This document shows positions 39,577 through 48,665 of a stretch of 64,000 nt of DNA, piece after piece. Source of the stretch: Nitrosopumilus sp. (GTDB lineage: Archaea > Thermoproteota > Nitrososphaeria > Nitrososphaerales > Nitrosopumilaceae); the NCBI GenBank assembly GCA_965214775.1, contig OZ243974.1, forward strand, positions 64,001 through 128,000. The letters are read 5' to 3'. The notes beneath the pieces are model-generated. The model saw nothing but the letters and a program-made list of their open reading frames with translations. It was not told the DNA's origin and did no database searches. Numbering within the stretch: the stretch's first letter is position 1; the number at the start of each line of letters is the position of its first letter. The position numbers were made by a program, and so were the translations under genes.

Positions 39577-39610
39577 GTGCAAAAATCATGAATTTTACGG
39601 TCTTTATTAA

Positions 39611-39949
39611 CTATGACGTTGCCCCGAGCTGCTCTTCGAGAAAATCAATCATTTCCAAAAATCGATCCTTGCTTTTTTTCAACAACTCCTGTGGGTACTC
39701 TTCGATTGTAAAGACAGACTGCTGGTTAAAACTTGGAACCAGAACTCCTCCAGATGTTACTACCTGCTCAACGACATATCCCTTGGTCAAAGTGCAGACA
39801 ATCTCTTCGTAGGATTCGTCCTCTTCTTCAAGGGTTTGCCTGAATAAGACAATGGGCTTATTTGTCTTTGCTGCAACATTTGAGCCCTCCTCTAGCAGGT
39901 CTGTCAGACGTTGAACCTGCCATGCATCCAGACTGATCTGCTTTGCCAT
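39611..39949 (-). CDS. Hypothetical protein
   Basis: 112-aa open frame upstream of sucC. Confidence 0.7.
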   Translation of the reverse strand: MAKQISLDAWQVQRLTDLLEEGSNVAAKTNKPIVLFRQTLEEEDESYEEIVCTLTKGYVVEQVVTSGGVLVPSFNQQSVFTIEEYPQELLKKSKDRFLEMIDFLEEQLGATS

Positions 39950-40141
39950 ACTACTATGAATACGAGATTTTTCTATTTAACCTCGACGCCAAGTGCGGTT
40001 TTATGTCTGGGTTAGAAACTTTCTTTATCCCCAAATGGATTTCTGTGTGATGTTGAAGAAATTCTGCTGGCTTGCTGAAAGATTTTTGTTTTTGCCCAAC
40101 AATGAATGACGGTTTTGTTATGTTTGTGTTGTCAGGTGCCA

Positions 40142-40233
40142 TAGTGCGCACAGTTGAAATCCGGACATTTTTTATCAAAATAGGCACGATATGTCAAAAT
40201 TACGGTCCGTTTTTTTTTTTGATGTGCGCACTA
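40142..40233. mobile_element. MITE family E
   Basis: TIR TAGTGCGCACA...TGTGCGCACTA. Confidence 0.85.
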
Positions 40234-40407
40234 TGCCTGGTAGTCACATGCCAGGTCTTGAATTTACATGCATGGCATCATAAAAGATCTTGCCAATCAA
40301 AACCCGTTCTGATGCAGTCGTCACGTGTATGGCAGTGGCAGTGGCAGTGATGATGGTGGTGATGGTGATGGCAGACGGATCGACTGGGCTCTAGTCGGAG
40401 CTATACA

Positions 40408-40493
40408 AGTGTACACACCAAAAAAACGGTTCATAATTGAGACATTGTGCCTGTTTTACTGGAAAGATAATCGATTTTCAACTGCACGCACTG
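40408..40493. mobile_element. Degenerate MITE family E, reverse orientation
   Basis: Ends TTTTCAACTGCACGCACTG; similar to 42265-42348. Confidence 0.65.
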
Positions 40494-41044
40494 TATACTG
40501 TTGTGCCGGATCCCCGTCCTGTCATGATCTGTATGCGATATTTCCATAGCTGCTTGCAGGAGGTGGCCGGCACGCGGTGTTTATCCCGTGTTTGTTCCTG
40601 CGTTGATCACGCTGTCGCCTCCTTTTTGATCAAAAAGCCGATCCGGGAGGAATCTCCAATTGCCGTCTGCGTGGCATGTTGCTTTTGGCCTTCATGCCTT
40701 TCCACCTACCTTCATGCATTTCCACCTGACTGCCCTCCTGCATTTTGGCATGCCTAGCTGTTGCGACAAGTCTGTTTGACTCCCTCCTTGTACATGGCAA
40801 GGCAATATCGACTCTCAGGAACGGCAATACATGGTTGTGTTCCGTGTCGTCTGCATGATACAAAATACGTACCGCCGGGCATATCCAATCGCCCACCAAG
40901 TGTCAGATCACATGATGCTGGCAAGACTTCACATGGCGTCTGTTTGCATCTTGTCCGATTTTGGCCTAATCATTTATAGTATATTTCCTAGCTTGGCTGG
41001 TAATTTCAGCAAGTCTTTTTAATTAAAAAAATCAAAACTATGCA

Positions 41045-41557
41045 ATGAGAATTTCACCAAAAATGAAAAAAGCTCTAAATGATCAAATCGCAATGGAGTA
41101 TGCCGCATCAAGTACCTATCTGTCAATGGCTGGTTGGTGTGAGGTAACAGGCTATCATGGCGGTGCAAGCTACTTCTATGCTCAATCCGCTGAAGAACGC
41201 AATCATATGCTAAAGTTTGTAAAATACCTGAGTGATGTTGGGGAAGCAGCTATAATTCCTGCTGTAAAAGCACCTGCAAGTACTTACAAGTCTCTTGAAG
41301 AGTTGCTCAAAACTGCACTAAAAAACGAACAATCAGTGACAAAAGCAATCCACAAAATTGTAGACCTGGCACATACAGAAAAAGATCATTGCAGTTATGC
41401 ATTCTTGGAGTGGTTTGTAAATGAACAAATCCAAGAAGAAGCAAAGTTTGAGGATCTTTTGCAAAAATTTGATCTTATCGGAAGAGACAAGCTGGCAATT
41501 AATGAAATTGACAAAATTTTAGCTGCCCAGACTGCTGCTCCAGATCCTGCAGCATAG
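41045..41557 (+). CDS. ftn: Non-heme ferritin
   Basis: ALNDQIAME, YLSM, QSAEERNH and FLEWFVNEQIQEE ferroxidase residues. Confidence 0.93.
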   Translation: MRISPKMKKALNDQIAMEYAASSTYLSMAGWCEVTGYHGGASYFYAQSAEERNHMLKFVKYLSDVGEAAIIPAVKAPASTYKSLEELLKTALKNEQSVTKAIHKIVDLAHTEKDHCSYAFLEWFVNEQIQEEAKFEDLLQKFDLIGRDKLAINEIDKILAAQTAAPDPAA

Positions 41558-41598
41558 GTTTCTAAAATAATTAATACCTCGTTATTTTCAACCCCCTT

Positions 41599-41931
41599 GT
41601 GACTGTTACAGTAACCCGAAAACCCGGTGGAATTACTCAATTGTTCAACACAGACACGGGCCGCGTAACCTACAAATGCAAAGCAGACTCTGCATTTATG
41701 CTGATTGAGGCATTTGGAGGCATTGTAAAATTCAATCAAAAAGGCGCAATTGCAACTGTTACAGGCCACATCACTACGCTGCAATTCTGTGATGTTATAA
41801 AGAAGGGTCATCCGGACTACAAGGGTGCATTAATCGCAATTGTCGCTGCTCACAAGGAATTTGCACAACAAGTTTCAGATTTCCAGCAAAATGAAATCAG
41901 AGAGTTGGAAAACAAGCTATCTGGCATCTGA
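41599..41931 (+). CDS. Hypothetical protein
   Basis: 110-aa open frame directly downstream of ferritin. Confidence 0.6.
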   Translation: MTVTVTRKPGGITQLFNTDTGRVTYKCKADSAFMLIEAFGGIVKFNQKGAIATVTGHITTLQFCDVIKKGHPDYKGALIAIVAAHKEFAQQVSDFQQNEIRELENKLSGI

Positions 41932-42200
41932 TCTTCGAACTCTGCATTCACGCCATCTGAGAACACATGCGTCTCCAATTCCCGTCAGTATAAACAGAAT
42001 TGCAATGATGGTGGTGACTGCCAGCTTTTTTGTTATTGCACTTGATTGACATGTGTAGTATTCTTGGCTACCAATTGATCACAAAAAGAACAATTTTTTT
42101 CAACCAAAGGATCCAAGATCTGTCAATCCTGTGCAAACACATGAAAGACAAGAAGGAACTGCCGACGGGAAATGTGTTCCTATACTGAATAGCAAGCAAG

Positions 42201-42348
42201 GACGTTGTGCAGAATCGTGATTTCAGGGTGTGATTTCCTGGGTGATTTGTACAAAATCATGGCATAGTACACATCAAAAAATGGAATGTGATTGACACGT
42301 CGTGTCTATTTTGCCAAAAAAATATTCGATTTTCAACTGCACGCACTA
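42201..42348. mobile_element. Family J end (42201-42264) abutting a family E MITE (42265-42348)
   Basis: GACGTTGTGCAGAATCGTGATTT... matches 46310 onward; followed by TAGTACACATC...TGCACGCACTA. Confidence 0.7.
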
Positions 42349-42503
42349 CGCGATACCCATCGCACCTGCGCTCAAGAGATGCCTTGATGACGACCAATCG
42401 CTTCAGCTGCGGCAGTCAAAACCGAAATCCAACTTGCTGCTGGCCGGAAGCATCCTGTCGTCTGCCGTCTTTGTCGGTTCTGCGCTGCTTTACTCCTCCA
42501 ACA

Positions 42504-42633
42504 AGGGTTGTCGCCTAATTCATCAGAATTCCTAAAAAACATTGAGATGCCACGCGGATCAGGCGTGCAAAAGGGCGGAAATTCAGAAAAATGTGCAGGT
42601 TGAGTCAAGTAGACGGAATTAGGCAACAACCCC
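42504..42633. mobile_element. MITE family B
   Basis: AGGGTTGTCGCCTAATTC...GAATTAGGCAACAACCCC. Confidence 0.85.
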
Positions 42634-42657
42634 CCTCCTCCTCCTCCTCCTCCTCCT

Positions 42658-42768
42658 CCCTCCAACGAGCAGGCGGGAATTGCAGGAATGACGGGTCTTT
42701 TACCGTTCCTGGTATTTTTTTCGGATCAAACCCTCCAACGAGCAGGCGGGAATTGCAGGAATGACGGG
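42658..42768. repeat. Perfect 38-bp direct repeat pair with a 35-bp spacer
   Basis: CCCTCCAACGAGCAGGCGGGAATTGCAGGAATGACGGG at 42658-42695 and 42731-42768. Confidence 0.9.
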
Positions 42769-42968
42769 CTCAATCGCAGTCATGGCAGTCTCTGTAGCAC
42801 TGAGGGGAGGTAGTCATCATGCCCAGTGCATGGCAACCGGGATCAAAACACTCCGATTGCACGTGGGTCAAAGCCGGCGGCATAACATGACGTGCATGCA
42901 ACATGGTTCACGTACGGCATGGGCGCACATGCGCCGGGCTGCAAAAAACCGCGCCGCGTCTCGCTATG

Positions 42969-43313
42969 TCAGAACCCGTGCCTGAGCTGCTTCGCGTCCT
43001 CGTCGCACAGCAGCCTAAAGTTGACAAGCCCGGCCACCACCTGAAGCTCCCGGTTGAACTCTTCGGTCGTTTTGTCGTGCGGGTTGGTTACCGCCTTGTA
43101 CTCCCATATCATGTCCATCGTACGCTTGACTGCGGCCTCATCGCCGCCGTCGCCGGATGCGGGCAACATTTGGAACTCGATCTCTAGATCCCGCCTTGCC
43201 TTCACCCTGCCTTGGTCCTGTCCGGGTCTTTTCCTGTGCCTCTCCCTCTTCACCCTGGACTGTACGCTCTTCCTTCTTATCCGCCGTATCAGCGCGACCC
43301 TAGACTCTGCCAT
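42969..43313 (-). pseudogene. In-frame internally deleted derivative of a family A transposase
   Basis: N-terminus MAESRVALIRRI resembles MAKSETVLIRQL; C-terminus EEFNRELQVVAGLVNFRLL...LRHGF resembles EEFDREFQVTAGLANFRTL...LRLGF of 48861-50096. Confidence 0.8.
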
Positions 43314-43324
43314 ACCGTTATCAC

Positions 43325-43407
43325 TATAGCAACGGGCAGAAGTCTTTGAGTCAAAGCAGGTCATAACTACACGTAAAAAACCTCAATTATTTCTGCTCGT
43401 TGCTATA
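43325..43407. mobile_element. MITE family D
   Basis: Same TIRs and body as 36327-36409. Confidence 0.88.
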
Positions 43408-43653
43408 GTATGGCAAGCACGTCGGCCTCGCCCATCGGAAAGAACCTCCATGCCAGGAGAGCCATGGCCCCGCCTGTCCCCATCGAGAACAGCACGAAAT
43501 AGTCCACCGCACTCCAGTCAAAAATATACAGTGCGGCGCCTGCGACCCCTCCCACTATCCAGATGTAATCGGGGATCTCCCGCGTCCGGACATCGTGATA
43601 CGAGGCGGCCCCCAGCATCGCAAGCAGTATGACAAAGCGCAGCAGCTCCAGCA
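43403..43653 (-). pseudogene. Prepilin/preflagellin peptidase (A24/FlaK-like) N-terminal half, truncated by MITE D
   Basis: AASYHDVRTREIPDYIW and MGEAD (the two catalytic Asp motifs); frame stops at the MITE edge. Confidence 0.8.
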
Positions 43654-43841
43654 TACACGCAAACCACATGCGGCATAAAAGCGGCCTGTATCCGGACGGA
43701 TGATCCGGCCTGCGCGGCAGGCACCTACGCAATCCGCCCGGCGGCTTTTTGGCAAACTCCGGATTTCAGGCGGGGTTGTGCAGCAGCATGCGACAGCAGC
43801 CGGTTTTTTATGTCCCTTGTTTTGTTAGATGTTGTTTAACA

Positions 43842-44528
43842 ATGCCACATGTTTCGGTCTATGTTGATGAGTCAGGAGATGCTAGATTTGCTAACAAGGC
43901 CTCGCAATTTTTTACCATTGGTTATGCATTTACGGTGGATGGATCACCGGCAAAAGAGAACGAGACAGTAAAGCGTGCTTTGAAAAACATCAACGCTGGG
44001 AGCAAAGTGAAAATTTCCGAGTTTAAATTTTCAGCAAATACTGATAGGATCAGAAAGAAGTTCCTAAAGACCATCAACAGGCTGGATGTCGAGCTGGGGG
44101 TTTTATGCGCCAGCAAGGACTCGGTGAAGCCAGACATCAGGGAAGATCCCTATGGATTTTACATACATGCTACAGTAGACACAATAGCTACCCATTTGGT
44201 TGAGGATTGTATCCAAGCACATGAACATGACAATTCGATTAGATTTACCATAGACAAAAGTCTGGCAAAGAATGCGAGAGACTCATTCAACGAATACTGC
44301 AAGAATAAAATTCATGATAAAATGAGGCAAAAAAATTTGAAGGCAGATCTTATTCCGAATATTTACCATGAGGATTCAAGAAGCGTGCCCATGCTTCAGG
44401 TTGCAGATTACATTGCAAGCGCAACCCAGAGATTCGTCGTTCATGGCGATGCGACGTTTTACAACGCGTACAGTAGCAAATTGAAATATCGTGAAAAATG
44501 GGACTGCAACAATAGAATAAAATGGTGA
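43842..44528 (+). CDS. DUF3800 family protein (RNase H-like fold nuclease)
   Basis: VYVDESG, EFKFS, FTIDK and EDSRSVPMLQVADYIA motifs; start set at MPHVSV. Confidence 0.88.
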   Translation: MPHVSVYVDESGDARFANKASQFFTIGYAFTVDGSPAKENETVKRALKNINAGSKVKISEFKFSANTDRIRKKFLKTINRLDVELGVLCASKDSVKPDIREDPYGFYIHATVDTIATHLVEDCIQAHEHDNSIRFTIDKSLAKNARDSFNEYCKNKIHDKMRQKNLKADLIPNIYHEDSRSVPMLQVADYIASATQRFVVHGDATFYNAYSSKLKYREKWDCNNRIKW

Positions 44529-44590
44529 CTCTTGACCTACTTCTCTCCTATCTGTCCGAACAGACGTCATTGTTTCGGTCAAGATCCTAT
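44527..44590 (+). ncRNA. Candidate DUF3800-associated structured RNA
   Basis: Outer stem TCTTGACC (44530-44537) / GGTCAAGA (44577-44584), a large pyrimidine-rich internal loop, and inner hairpin TCTGT-CCGA-ACAGA (44551-44564). Confidence 0.6.
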
Positions 44591-44660
44591 TGATTGCTCA
44601 ATAGACTTTACCCACCTGATTATTATTGTCACATATCATATTAAAAGTATAGTATGAGGG

Positions 44661-44767
44661 GGCGTTGTCCAGAATCATGATTTTAGGGTGTGATTTCCGG
44701 GGAGATTTGTGCAAAATTATGGCGCCATGACTACAAACACAGAGACGAATCTGCACTCCGGCCCGCA
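44661..44767. mobile_element. Family J terminal fragment interrupted by the second IS3 copy
   Basis: Matches 46310-46416 up to CCGGCCCGCA, then the IS3 TIR begins. Confidence 0.8.
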
Positions 44768-45109
44768 TGGAGTAGGCCCCATAAAATAGGAACGCTTTTG
44801 GCGATCTTTTACGCACACTTTGATCGCTCATTTTTGCGGTACCTCCGTCGTTTTCCGGGTTTTTCGGACAAACTCGTCCGGCGTCAGGTATCCCAGCGCC
44901 GAGTGGATCCTGTCCTGATTGTAGTCTGCAAACGCCTCTGCTAGGACGGCCTCTGCATCCTGGAACCTGGCAAAGTCGTGCGGCCAGACGTACTCCTTTT
45001 TGAGGGTTCTGTGGAAGGACTCGACATGTCCGTTCTGCTCGGGCGTGTTGTGCCAGATGTACTCACACCTTGCCCCGAGCGCCTTCATGCTCTCCTTGAA
45101 ATGGTGGTT

Positions 45110-45200
45110 GTAAGAGTTTACCCCTCCCCTGAGATACGACATGGCAGGCGTGATCATGAAGACCCCCACCAACAGTGCCATCTGAGGGGTAAACTCCTAC
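45110..45200. mobile_element. MITE family G
   Basis: TIR GTAAGAGTTTACCCCTC / GAGGGGTAAACTCCTAC; 8-bp TSD TGGTGGTT/TGGTGGCT. Confidence 0.85.
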
Positions 45201-45378
45201 TGGTGGCTCGTATACTGGACGCCGTTGTCACTTCTGATCAACAGCCTGCTTGCCTCATCTGTAGAAATCGTGGAGACTGCCTTTGTCAGAGATTCGACTG
45301 CTACCTGTGCGGTGGCCTGCGTGTCAAAGACGTATGTTATCCACTTCCTGGTGAACGTATCAATTACGTTAAAGCAGT

Positions 45379-45458
45379 AGACTTTATGCGTAATCGATTT
45401 AGATACAGGATTATTACGAACAAATTCGCCTCATTCAGGTTGATTACGCATAAGGTCT
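45379..45458. mobile_element. MITE family A
   Basis: AGACTTTATGCGTAATC...GATTACGCATAAGGTCT; AGT TSD confirmed against the empty site in IS3 copy 1. Confidence 0.9.
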
Positions 45459-45902
45459 AGTAGCACCACCCGTCAACACCGCACCAGACGTACGTGATGT
45501 CAGTCTCCCACAACTGGTTTGGTCCTGTGGGCTTGAATCTGTCCCTTTTACCGGCTCGTATTATGGGGGTTGTCGCATAATTAGATAATTTGGCCTAATT
45601 TTCTCAATCCCCGCACATATTGATCAGTCGGATGTGGGTTTTCTAATGAAGAAACACAAAAGACACGAGGAGTACTTCAAGTACTACCATGCTGCCCACA
45701 CCCAAGAAGATGGGTTTCTCCTATCCAATATAGTTTCTTTGATCAAGGAGAACCCATGCCCTGTCCAGCAGACCAATTCGGGGCCAGGACGGCCCACGAT
45801 CCACAGCAGGGACAAACTTGCCTGCCTGTGCATCTTGATGGTATGCTGGAACAAGCCGTACCGCGACATGCAGAACCTTGCGGGGAGCCTGAAGCTGCCC
45901 TG

Positions 45903-46039
45903 AGAGTTGATTCGAAATTAGCAGACTCTGATTATTTGTGAACGAATTTGCATAAAACAATTCAAAATATCAACAAAATACAAATTATCTGTGAAATTAC
46001 ATGAAAAATTCACACGGCTTCTAATTTCGGATCACCTCT
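45903..46039. mobile_element. MITE family C
   Basis: CTG TSD; removal restores KLPWDE in the transposase. Confidence 0.9.
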
Positions 46040-46500
46040 CTGGGACGAGCCCATACCGGATCACAGCACCCTTGGCAGGTTCATGCAAAAGATTCCCCAC
46101 AAGTGGCTGGAGGAGATTGTGGCAGAGACCGCGCGAAGGTGCCTTGCCGGATATGACCCCTCGACGCTCATGCTTGCAGCCGACAGCACCGGCGTCGTTA
46201 CAGACAGAAACGACAAGACGAAAAAGAGGAGGGACATAGTGGTCAAGACCGGCAGAAAGGCCGAAATTACGCACGAATCGGGCGCAAAAAAGGCCGAAAG
46301 GATCAGAAAGGCGTTGTCCGGAATCGTGATTTTAGGACGTGATTTCCGGGGAGATTTGTACAAAATCATGGCGCAATGACTGCAAACATAGAGACGAATC
46401 CGCACTCCGGCCCGCATTGTGCAGTTATGGCCCGTGTTTTGACGTCATACTGCATAGCATCCGCTAGCCGGACGATTCCACCGTACCGGCATTATGGATC

Positions 46501-47580
46501 CTAGCTGACCAGATTGTAGCAGAATACCTTGAGGGTAAGCCTGAGCGACTGCATCGGAAGCGACATGGCGCGCACCGTGGAGTCAAACCTTGCCTTTATC
46601 GACGAGAAGGCCGACTCAACGAGGCTGCGCTGGTGGTACGTCTTCTCGAATCCCTCGGGGTCCTTTTTGTGCCATCTTAGCATCTTGGAGCGGGCGTTGA
46701 ACCCGTGAACCGTATATCCTGTACGCGGACATATCACTGGGGTTCTGCCTCCGTCGGCTATGACCCTGCAGTTCTCATACGAGTCGTATGCGGCATCTAG
46801 GATCACGTGTCCTGTGCCGTTGGGAACCTGCGGCAGCAGCTCGTCACGGAACACCGGGGAATCATGGAATTCGCCCGGCGTCACCTCGCAGGCGGCAATC
46901 TTGCCGTGCGGGGCCAACAGTATGTGCAGCTTGGCAAACATCTGCCTGGATATGACGCCCTTCTTTGCGTCCTCCCATGTGTGGTATCTCATTATGGAGA
47001 AACCGCTAGAGTCGCCAAGCAGCGTTCCCTTGGCGTCTGCGCCTGCCTGTTCTGAGAGTACCGATCTTAGCACCGACTTGTCCCAGGCAGCTATCCTTAC
47101 GGCTGCATCATGCAGTGTCGACTTGGCCGGAACCTTTTTGAGCCCGTACATGTTAGTTGAACCAGGATTCGACTCCATGTATTCGACGTGCCTGCGATAC
47201 GAGTTTCCGCGGTACTCCATGTCGAGTACGCACAGAAGATAGGGAATTTCATCCTCTTGCTCTGTGTTATGGAGGAGGGACAGGAGGATCTTGCGGATCT
47301 TTTTGATTCCGATGCCGCACCTCTTGCTGTCCTCTCTCCTTTTTTTCTCGTACTCGGCATAGTATTCCGGAGGTCTCGTGTACTCTGACTTTTTTTTCTT
47401 GCTGGTCTTGCTGGATTCCTTCTTGGATTCCTTCTTGGATTCCTTCTTGGATTCCTTCTTGGATTCCTTCTTGGATTCCTTCTTGGATTCCTTCTTGGAT
47501 TCCTTCTTGGATTCCTTCTTGGATTCCTTCTTGTTGGTCTTTGATTTCATTGATACGGGGACGTCGATCCTATGATCCAT
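46501..47580 (-). CDS. DDE_Tnp_1-type transposase with (KKES)10 N-terminal repeat
   Basis: GDSSGFS, KLH, HDSPVF, LDAAYDS, YHQRSLVESAFSSIK. Confidence 0.9.
   Translation of the reverse strand: MDHRIDVPVSMKSKTNKKESKKESKKESKKESKKESKKESKKESKKESKKESKKESSKTSKKKKSEYTRPPEYYAEYEKKRREDSKRCGIGIKKIRKILLSLLHNTEQEDEIPYLLCVLDMEYRGNSYRRHVEYMESNPGSTNMYGLKKVPAKSTLHDAAVRIAAWDKSVLRSVLSEQAGADAKGTLLGDSSGFSIMRYHTWEDAKKGVISRQMFAKLHILLAPHGKIAACEVTPGEFHDSPVFRDELLPQVPNGTGHVILDAAYDSYENCRVIADGGRTPVICPRTGYTVHGFNARSKMLRWHKKDPEGFEKTYHQRSLVESAFSSIKARFDSTVRAMSLPMQSLRLTLKVFCYNLVS
47413..47532. repeat. 12-bp tandem repeat x10 (GGATTCCTTCTT)
   Basis: Directly visible. Confidence 0.95.
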
Positions 47581-48190
47581 AAGGTTGTCGCATCCTGCGC
47601 TTATGATCTATAAGCTTATCGGTAGATTTCTGGAAAAATTCCGGACAACGCCGATCAGAAAGGCCAAGCCCTACAAGAAATACCTCAAATGGCACGTGGC
47701 CGCCGTCCTAGGCCTGCAGGTCATCGTGGCCTGCCGCATCACGTCAGACAAGATGGCAGACACCACCATCCTAGAAGATCTCCTCAAGAGGATCAAAAGG
47801 ATCGGCATCGGGTTCTCTGGCAGCATCTTTAATGCAGACAAGGGATATGACTCAGAGAAGAACATAAGGCTCGTCATGGAGGCCGGGATGATGCCCAACA
47901 TCAAGCAGAGGTCAAACGCGGTCAACGCCAAGACAAAGTACAGGAAAAAGGCAGCCGAGATGTTTGACGCCGAGGTCTACAAGAAGCGCGCGCTGATCGA
48001 GGGCATCTTTGGCGCAGAGGAGACAGAAGGCCACAAGCTGATGTGCAGGTTCAGAAAGGCGGCCACCCGCAGAAGGTTCGGTCTGTGCAAGGCCATAGGA
48101 TGGAACCTTGAGGTGCTAAACAGGATGGAGTGTGCTACAAGGATTGGCGTGCCGGTGGAGGCAGCCTGAGGTGAATTAGGCGACAACCCC

Positions 48191-48263
48191 GGTTGTAGGT
48201 GTGCAAACCATGATCTGTTGTGTTGTATTTTTAGATCAGATTTTCCAATTACGCATAAAGTCT
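48191..48263. mobile_element. Orphan family A terminal segment
   Basis: Similar to 16420-16492; ends TTACGCATAAAGTCT|AGT. Confidence 0.75.
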
Positions 48264-48351
48264 AGTATTTAGTAGGTTCATCTTTCCAAGCCTCAAGGAA
48301 TTCCGCAGATCAAACAAATCTGAATTGGCTTGCCATTCAAATCACTCCAAA

Positions 48352-48642
48352 TTATTCTTCAAAATTCAGTGCGAATTTATCTTTTGGCAATACAGGGGGC
48401 TTCTCACCAGATTGTTTTAACTTCTTTATCTTGTCGTGTACCTGTTGATAATTCAACCCAACTGTTTTTTCTATTCTTTCTTGATAATCCTTAAACATAT
48501 TGAGTATGGAATCTATATGTTTTTTTACTGATTCCTCTCTGTCAGTTTGTGGAGGCGTAAGGGTTTTTTGTAAATATTTCAGATTTTTGCTAATCTCATG
48601 CATGTGCAGTACAAATGATTCTTTTTGTGTTAAATCGTTCAT
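48352..48642 (-). CDS. Hypothetical AT-rich helical protein
   Basis: 96-aa open frame between mobile elements. Confidence 0.55.
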   Translation of the reverse strand: MNDLTQKESFVLHMHEISKNLKYLQKTLTPPQTDREESVKKHIDSILNMFKDYQERIEKTVGLNYQQVHDKIKKLKQSGEKPPVLPKDKFALNFEE

Positions 48643-48665
48643 AATAAATCATTCATCATAACAAT

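Larger units (their letters stand above)
44768..45565 (-). pseudogene. Second, fragmented IS3 copy (3' half of orfB) interrupted by MITEs G and A and truncated by IS B
   Basis: High similarity to 5920-6538. Confidence 0.88.
46310..47652 (-). mobile_element. IS family J (IS5/IS4-superfamily), complete, nested in IS B
   Basis: Perfect 15-bp TIR GGCGTTGTCCGGAAT; 9-bp TSD GATCAGAAA. Confidence 0.92.
45566..48190 (+). mobile_element. IS family B (IS5-like) autonomous-type copy; transposase (45646-48169) broken by MITE C and IS J
   Basis: TIRs GGGGTTGTCGCATAATT / AATTAGGCGACAACCCC. The rejoined ORF reads GRP..PYRDM..LPWDEPIPDHSTL..AADSTG..KAERIRKAKPYKKYLKWH..ADKGYDS..YKKRALIEGIFG. Confidence 0.88.

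Noticed and set aside
40500-40980. Possible TnpB/IscB or transposase remnant
   Set aside because: Only a weak GDSS-like hint in a broken frame; no RuvC or zinc-finger motifs recognisable.
44828-45181. 117-aa ORF with a hydrophobic N-terminus
   Set aside because: Chimera of MITE G sequence and the IS3 orfB tail.
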